DNA from: Bacteroidaceae bacterium
GTDB lineage: Bacteria; Bacteroidota; Bacteroidia; Bacteroidales; Bacteroidaceae
Direction: 5' to 3'
Assembly (NCBI GenBank): GCA_045592125.1
Contig: JAZNUE010000012.1
Coordinates: 1,137-65,136 of the forward strand
DNA: 64,000 nt
Positions within the stretch are counted from its first letter, which is position 1; every line of letters starts with the position of its first letter. The notes beneath the pieces were generated by a model. It was not told the DNA's origin, did not search any database, and saw nothing but the letters and a program-made list of their open reading frames with translations. Below are positions 58,570 to 64,000 of the stretch, one piece after another. The translations under genes were made by a program, and so were the position numbers.

Positions 58570-58892
58570 AAATAATAGGAATTAAAGGTTTTAGAAATAT
58601 ATGTATGCACCCGCGTCCCACATTGGCCGGAACAACCCTGTGAAACGATTGGCATCCAGAGCAAATATACGCAATTTTGCCTGCACTCATATCAGGTATA
58701 TGCAGATTCTTGAATGCAATAGAGAAGTCCATATTGTCTATAATTTGCATTGTATGTGCTAATATAGCAATAATTATTCAGACAGCCATGGCCTGCCTTC
58801 GTTTTCAAGGTAAATGTGCTCTATTTGTGCTATATTTGCCTTTATTTGCGAAAATAGTCGTCAAAAAACAAACAAGTTAAGCAAAAAAGTAT

Positions 58893-58900
58893 TACCTTTG
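58893..58900 (+). promoter_or_regulatory. TAnnTTTG promoter motif upstream of rpsP
   Basis: The sequence tacctttg lies ~60 nt upstream of the ATG. Confidence 0.45.
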
Positions 58901-58961
58901 CACCGCTCATACGAGATATGGGCTGACTCAAATCATTAATCCATTAAAAATCAATTAGAAA

Positions 58962-59513
58962 ATGGCAACAAAAATCAGACTTCAGAGAAGAGGCCGTAAG
59001 CACTACGCTTTCTACTCTATCGTGATTGCAGATTCGAGAGCTCCACGTGATGGAAAGTTCACCGAGAAGATCGGTACCTACAACCCTAACACAAACCCTG
59101 CGACTGTTGAGATTAACTTCGAGCGCGCATTGTGGTGGGTTAACAACGGTGCTATTCCTACCGACACTGTACGCAACATTCTCTCTCGCGAGGGTGTATA
59201 CTTGATGAAGCATCTCCAGGGCGGTGTTAAGAAGGGTGCATTTGACGAGGCTGCTGCACAGGCTAAGTTTGAGGCCTGGAAGACAGCTAAGGTAAACGCT
59301 CTCAACGGTATCAAGAGCGCTGAGGAGCAGGCTAAGCGTGACGACAAAAAGGCACGTTTGGAGGCAGAGAAAGAGGTTAACGCAGCTATTGCAAAGAAGG
59401 TAGCAGACAAGAAGGCTGCCGAGGCTCTTGCAAAGGCTGAGGCAGAGGCTGCTGCAGCTGCTGAGGCAGAGGCACCCGCTGAGGAGGCAACTGAGGCTCC
59501 AGCAGAGGCTTAA
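58962..59513 (+). CDS. rpsP: 30S ribosomal protein S16 with A/E/K-rich C-terminal extension
   Basis: The S16 core is [42 protein letters not shown]. It is followed by a low-complexity AEAK tail typical of Bacteroidetes. Confidence 0.95.
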   Translation: MATKIRLQRRGRKHYAFYSIVIADSRAPRDGKFTEKIGTYNPNTNPATVEINFERALWWVNNGAIPTDTVRNILSREGVYLMKHLQGGVKKGAFDEAAAQAKFEAWKTAKVNALNGIKSAEEQAKRDDKKARLEAEKEVNAAIAKKVADKKAAEALAKAEAEAAAAAEAEAPAEEATEAPAEA

Positions 59514-59556
59514 TGACCTTTCACCCTTTGACAAGGGTTGCAGTAATGCTCAGAAT

Positions 59557-59588
59557 AAATACCGCTGGCTACTTGGCTGGCGGTATTT
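59557..59588 (+). terminator. rpsP terminator hairpin
   Basis: The stem AAATACCGC-n14-GCGGTATTT is followed by GCTTTTT. Confidence 0.55.
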
Positions 59589-59612
59589 GCTTTTTGTAGA
59601 CACACGGGTATT

Positions 59613-59863
59613 CAGAGAACAGAGAACAGAGAACAAGCGTGGCAATGACAGTTCCTCGTGGGGGCGCTTCTTTCCACTTTAACCCCACTTCGTGGGCTTA
59701 AGCCTTGGCTGCGCTCGCTGTAAAAGCTCAAGTAAACTTGGCTTTTTCAACTTTCAACTTTAACCCCACTTCGTGGGCTTGAACCTTGGCTGCGCTCGCT
59801 GTAAAAGCTCAAGTAAACTTGGCTTTCGCTCGCTTGGCACAAGCTTTCATCTTTCCACTTTCA
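59613..59863 (+). repeat. Composite intergenic repeat, family A (second full copy)
   Basis: It is collinear with 40883-41138, with the same head (CAGAGAACAGAGAACAGAGAACAAGCGTGGCAATGACAGTTCCTCGTGGGGGCGCTTC) and two A units. Confidence 0.9.
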
Positions 59864-59928
59864 GTTTGTTTCACTCACTCCCTTGTGGTCCCAAAATAAA
59901 CAGCCACTGCGTTCAGGACGGTAAGCCC

Positions 59929-60387
59929 TTACCGGTTTCTCCTCTCCAGTTCCAGCAAGTACTCCTTCCTTTTAATCCCCACGGCAAAGCCTGTCATCTT
60001 TCCGCCTGCGCCCACTACCCTGTGGCAAGGCACGGCAAGGAGCAAGGGATTACGGTTGCATGCCATACCCACAGCGCGCGATGCGCCTGGAGTGCCTATG
60101 CGTCTGGCAATCTCGCCATAAGTTGCTACATGACCAAAAGGTATTCGCCTAAGTTCTTCCCACACGCGCTGCTGGAAGGAGGTGCCTTCCAGCATAATCC
60201 TGAATGCGAATGCTCTTCTTTGCCCAGCGAAATATTCTTCAATCTCGGCATTCACCGTCTGCTGTGCAGCAGACAGCGCGCCAGGCGCACAGGCGCCTTC
60301 GTGCAGCTGAATGGCACACACACAACCGCACTGCATTGTAACTTGCAGCGTGCCTATCGGGGTCTCGGTATAAAAGGTCTCTTTCAT
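59929..60387 (-). CDS. ogt: Methylated-DNA--protein-cysteine methyltransferase
   Basis: The active site is LLLAVPCHRVVGAGGKMTGF (PCHRV), and ATYGEIARRIG is also present. Internal Met (MKETFYTETPIG) was chosen as the start. Confidence 0.88.
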   Translation of the reverse strand: MKETFYTETPIGTLQVTMQCGCVCAIQLHEGACAPGALSAAQQTVNAEIEEYFAGQRRAFAFRIMLEGTSFQQRVWEELRRIPFGHVATYGEIARRIGTPGASRAVGMACNRNPLLLAVPCHRVVGAGGKMTGFAVGIKRKEYLLELERRNR

Positions 60388-60509
60388 TGCATTGCAAATA
60401 TAGCCTATCTTTATGCACCGTGTAATGTGTATAGCATTTTTTATTATAGCAGGTTTTGCCAATAGAGGGAATTAGACTATTTTTGCGCTGTCAACATACC
60501 ATGCGCACA

Positions 60510-61745
60510 ATGAACAGGAACATCATATACACCGCGCTGCTTGCAGCAATGCTCATGCTTGTGTCATGCGGCGAGGACCGCACGCACGAATACTACGAGA
60601 TTACCGAGGAGAACCAATGGACCTACACTGCGATGAAGGATTCCTACCTGTGGGCAAGCGGCATAAAGAAACCTGCCCGCAGCTCATTCTTCGGTTCCCC
60701 TTCAAAGTTCTTCGCTTCGCTGCTTGCAAAGGACGATAAGGTCTCCTTCTTTACCGATTCGGTCTCGGAGGGCAGCTATGGCATGATGTTCACCCTAATG
60801 CGCGACCCGCTTGGAGAGAAGATGGGAAGCTATTATGCGCTTGCGCTTTTCGTTGAGCCTGGTTCGCCGGCATATGCAGCAGGAATAAGGCGCGGGACAT
60901 GGATTTCGGCAATAGGCGGGAAGGCGCTCTCGTCGTCGAGCAGCAAGCTGCTGCAGAGTGGCGAGGCCACATCTGTTGTGACAAAGGAGATTGACTATGA
61001 CGACGAGAACGGCAGGTATTACTGGACACAAGGAGATACCCTTAGCATGCCGCAGGCAAGTGATGTGCCCGGCAGCGCAATATACCTCGATTCAATATAC
61101 AGCATACGTTCTGCCAAGGCCGGATACATTGTGTGCCGCAGCATGAACGGTGTTTCCTTTGCAAAGGAAGTGCAGGATATTATGCTCAGTTTTGCGGCCG
61201 AGGATGTTGCCGACGTCATTGTTGACCTGCGCTACTGCAGCAGCGGCACGCTGGCCAACGCCGCAGCAATGGCAAGCATGCTTGTGCCTTCAGCGCTTGC
61301 CGGGACACCGTTCGCCGTCCTAAAAGGAGAGGAAGAGAGCGCAGACACTGTATACAGTTTTGGTGAACCGCTTGCCGGTTTAGGTGACAAACGCGTTTTC
61401 TTTATCATTGGCAACGGCACCAAGGGCGTTGCGGAACTGCTTGTTGAGTCGGTGAACCAGTCGCGTGGCATGTACGACGTGATGACGGTTGGCGCCAGGA
61501 GCGCTGGAGCAAACGTGCTTACAAGAGAGATTGCCTCGCCCTACGGGTTCTCTATTAACCCTGCTGTTGCATATCTGTGCACCCCCGACAGCGCTGTGCT
61601 TCCAGCGTCGGGCATTACCCCCGACTATGCGCTTAATGAACTTGAGGAGGTGAAGCATGTATACCCGCTCGGCAGCCAGCAGGAGTATATACTGCGCAAC
61701 GTGGAGTATATTATTGTGAACGGCGCCCTGCCCGCCGCGCAATAA
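60510..61745 (+). CDS. S41 peptidase-like lipoprotein with PDZ-like domain
   Basis: The lipoprotein signal is MNRNIIYTALLAAMLMLVSCGED. A PDZ-like segment GSPAYAAGIRRGTWISAIGG and an S41-like VIVDLRYCSSGTL are present. The start could also be 60501. Confidence 0.5.
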   Translation: MNRNIIYTALLAAMLMLVSCGEDRTHEYYEITEENQWTYTAMKDSYLWASGIKKPARSSFFGSPSKFFASLLAKDDKVSFFTDSVSEGSYGMMFTLMRDPLGEKMGSYYALALFVEPGSPAYAAGIRRGTWISAIGGKALSSSSSKLLQSGEATSVVTKEIDYDDENGRYYWTQGDTLSMPQASDVPGSAIYLDSIYSIRSAKAGYIVCRSMNGVSFAKEVQDIMLSFAAEDVADVIVDLRYCSSGTLANAAAMASMLVPSALAGTPFAVLKGEEESADTVYSFGEPLAGLGDKRVFFIIGNGTKGVAELLVESVNQSRGMYDVMTVGARSAGANVLTREIASPYGFSINPAVAYLCTPDSAVLPASGITPDYALNELEEVKHVYPLGSQQEYILRNVEYIIVNGALPAAQ

Positions 61746-61961
61746 AAGAGTACAGAGCACAGAGTATTCTCGCTCTCTATGCCGAACTACTCAACTGTTC
61801 GGAACTTCCGGCAGGTTCGTTTACTGGAACTTCTTCTTGTGCAACTCCATTCTGGCTACCGCACTGTTTTTTACAGTTTCTAAACAAATTCCTATAATTT
61901 CCTAAACATACCTTGCTGCTGCGGTGTTATTCTCACTGAATAACCCTAAAATACAATTAAG

Positions 61962-62444
61962 ATGAGAAAGATTCTTTTATCAGCAGCGGCAACGGCAGTA
62001 TTGCTGCTTTCGTCGTGCAATTCGTGCAACAGCAATGCTCCGCAGGGTCTGGCATTTGAGAGCGAGACCGACAGCATTTACATGCTAAATGACTCCACCA
62101 TGGCCGACGAGCAGACTTTTGTCTTCGAAGGCGTGTCTCCAATGAACGGCAACGCTGTGGCCAACGTGCTGCTTGCCGTGAGTACCGTGAACCTGAACAG
62201 CGACGGTACCTTTACCATTACAACCGACTATGTTGACGAGGGACTTGCCACGCAGAACGACAATGGCGAGGCGCTTATAATTGCTGGCAACGACAGCACA
62301 ATGACTGTAATTGAACTGGTGTCGGCAAACAGGAAACCAACCATCAGCTTCATGATGCAGGAGGACAGCTCGCTAGTGAAGGTAGGCAAGGACGGCAAGC
62401 CTGCCAGCAATGACTCCACCCACAGGCTTAACCTCAAGAAGTAA
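61962..62444 (+). CDS. Hypothetical lipoprotein
   Basis: The signal/lipobox is MRKILLSAAATAVLLLSSCNS. 160 aa, no recognised family. Confidence 0.5.
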   Translation: MRKILLSAAATAVLLLSSCNSCNSNAPQGLAFESETDSIYMLNDSTMADEQTFVFEGVSPMNGNAVANVLLAVSTVNLNSDGTFTITTDYVDEGLATQNDNGEALIIAGNDSTMTVIELVSANRKPTISFMMQEDSSLVKVGKDGKPASNDSTHRLNLKK

Positions 62445-62466
62445 CTAACCTAATAAACGATTACCC

Positions 62467-63090
62467 ATGAAAAAGAGTCTATTTTTTATCATTGCCGCGC
62501 TATGTGTTCTCATAGTGTCGTGCCAGAAAGACCCTGATACCGACAAGCTGGACAGGAACTATCTTGTGTACACCAACTACGACGCCAATACCGATTTCAA
62601 GGCCATTGAGACGTTCTATGTAATTGACAGCATACTCATCATAGGCAACAGCGAGAAGGCCTCCTACTGGAAGGACAATAACTCCCGCCAGATTATCGAC
62701 GCCTATAACGACAGGCTCGAAGGGTGCGGATACATAAGGATGCCTGCACCCGAAGAGGCCGACGTAATACTGCAGCTCAGCTACATAAACAACACCTATT
62801 ATTTCACCTCGTTCGGTCCAGGGCCATGGTGGAATGCCTATCCTGACTACTGGAACTGGGGCGGATGGGGGTGGTACTACCCCTACACCTTCAACTACAG
62901 CTACAGCACGGGGTCCATTATTGCTGAACTGGTAAATACCAATGCGCCCAATGCGCAGAACAATAAGCTCACGGTAATATGGAACTCGTACATTTGCGGG
63001 TTGCTGAACGGCAATAACCTGAGCCTGTCGCGAACGATGAGCGCAATAAGCCAGGCATTCGCGCAGTCGCCTTACCTTAAGAAGCAGTAG
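62467..63090 (+). CDS. Lipoprotein, DUF4136-like
   Basis: The lipobox is LIVSCQKD. An aromatic/Gly-rich insert reads PWWNAYPDYWNWGGWGWYYPY. The segment GSIIAELVNTN...KLTVIWNSYICG resembles the DUF4136 core. Confidence 0.45.
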   Translation: MKKSLFFIIAALCVLIVSCQKDPDTDKLDRNYLVYTNYDANTDFKAIETFYVIDSILIIGNSEKASYWKDNNSRQIIDAYNDRLEGCGYIRMPAPEEADVILQLSYINNTYYFTSFGPGPWWNAYPDYWNWGGWGWYYPYTFNYSYSTGSIIAELVNTNAPNAQNNKLTVIWNSYICGLLNGNNLSLSRTMSAISQAFAQSPYLKKQ

Positions 63091-63134
63091 CCTGCAGGCT
63101 ACCCAATTACTAACATCTAAAAAAAGGAGCATAT

Positions 63135-63755
63135 ATGAAAACTATAAGCAAAATATTGTCAGTTGCGCTCTTGGCCTGCCTGCTGGCAGTGCCTTCAAAA
63201 GGCAAGGCGCAGATATCGCTTGACAGCTACTACAATGTAGACTGGCAGTTCAACATTCCTCTTGGCAACAAGTTCTCCAATGTGGCCAGCGGCTGGGGAA
63301 TGAACTTTGAGGGCGGATACTACGTAACATCGGGAATCGCGGTTGGTGCCTTCATCAGCTTCCACACTAACAACGAGTACTTCTCGCGCAGGACACTGCA
63401 CTTGAGCAGCACCTTGTCAATGAACATCGACCAGCAGCACCAGATGTTCACGCTGCCCTTCGGCGCCCTCATACGCTACAGGTTCATTGAGGCCGACTTC
63501 CAGCCCTATGTGGGGATGAAACTGGGCGCATGCTATTCCGAGTTCAATAACTACTACTACATTTTCATGAGCAGCCAGGACCGCTGGGGATTCTACATGT
63601 CGCCCGAGGTGGGGTTCAACTGGTATCCCTGGCCCAACAGCATTGGATTCCACATGGCGCTCTACTATAGTTTCGCTACCAACAAGTGCAACCTCATGAC
63701 GTATAAGCAGGATATTCTCAACTCATTCGGCGTGAGACTGGGCATTGCATTCTAG
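63135..63755 (+). CDS. Outer-membrane beta-barrel protein (OmpW/porin-family-like)
   Basis: The protein has a signal peptide, alternating amphipathic beta strands, and the C-terminal motif GVRLGIAF with a terminal Phe. Confidence 0.65.
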   Translation: MKTISKILSVALLACLLAVPSKGKAQISLDSYYNVDWQFNIPLGNKFSNVASGWGMNFEGGYYVTSGIAVGAFISFHTNNEYFSRRTLHLSSTLSMNIDQQHQMFTLPFGALIRYRFIEADFQPYVGMKLGACYSEFNNYYYIFMSSQDRWGFYMSPEVGFNWYPWPNSIGFHMALYYSFATNKCNLMTYKQDILNSFGVRLGIAF

Positions 63756-63781
63756 GATAAGGATTTGCTGCATACTAAGCA

Positions 63782-63817
63782 AGCACCCCCGCTAGAGCGC
63801 GCTCTAGCGGGGGTGCT
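63782..63817. terminator. Perfect 36-nt GC-rich palindrome / terminator
   Basis: The sequence is AGCACCCCCGCTAGAGCGCGCTCTAGCGGGGGTGCT. Confidence 0.65.
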
Positions 63818-63935
63818 ATGTATAGGAAATGAGCTTGGTCACATTTGCCGTTCTATAACAGAGATACTTCGCTCTGTATGACAAGGTGTACTAGGCCAAC
63901 TGCTATATTATTACTTATATTAATATAAAGGCCGG

Positions 63936-64000
63936 TTACTCGGCAGGTGTCATGCTCACTTCGATGAAGTTGCCCTGGTCAAGGATATACTTGGCAAGCA
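63936..64000 (-). CDS. 3' end of a second M16-family peptidase (partial, continues beyond window)
   Basis: The minus-strand tail ...LAKYILDQGNFIEVSMTPAE* parallels the C-terminus of the 10102-12897 M16 protein (...IIEQGNFIQVSLSPAE*). Confidence 0.55.
   Translation of the reverse strand, partial: LAKYILDQGNFIEVSMTPAE

Noticed and set aside
59773-60465. 230-aa ORF (and the 82-aa ORF at 41049-41297) starting MGLNLGCARCKSSSKLGFRSLGTSFHLS.
   Set aside because: The shared N-terminus is simply the translation of the family A intergenic repeat. The rest of the 230-aa ORF is antisense to ogt.

Overview
This is a Bacteroidota (Bacteroidales-like) chromosomal window of about 50% GC. That placement rests on TAnnTTTG promoter motifs, a roughly 287-aa RpoD, a T9SS C-terminal sorting domain and many lipoprotein signals. 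Most of the window is housekeeping: aspS, a DPP-IV peptidase, a DUF2148-aguA-aguB polyamine operon, an M16 peptidase, an ECF sigma pair, a PLD/cardiolipin synthase-like gene, dcp, clpC, rpoD, glutamate decarboxylase with two transporters, a secreted M6 protease, pyrK-pyrD, trmD, gyrA, an aminotransferase, dus, tlpA, galE, rpsP, ogt and envelope lipoproteins. The clear accessory region is a visibly AT-richer island at about 42.2-54.5 kb, all on the minus strand. It carries a type III-A CRISPR-Cas system: cas6-cas10-csm2-csm3-csm4-csm5 plus an array of 13 repeats of 36 nt. No cas1 or cas2 is present. Downstream of csm5 sits a separately promoted accessory operon with three genes: an AAA+/DUF4143 ATPase, a Can2/Card1-type CARF nuclease, and a Csx1-type CARF-HEPN protein that has an unexplained extra C-terminal domain. 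The island is flanked by a helicase gene stump and a decayed HD-like gene. Other points of interest are a membrane-anchored TIR protein next to a large TPR protein at the left edge, two families of mosaic intergenic repeats, an orphan galE 3' remnant, tandem structured elements after aspS, an orphan terminator-like RNA structure between clpC and rpoD, and a 1.2-kb AT-rich non-coding tract. All functional calls come from reading motifs by eye. No database search was run.
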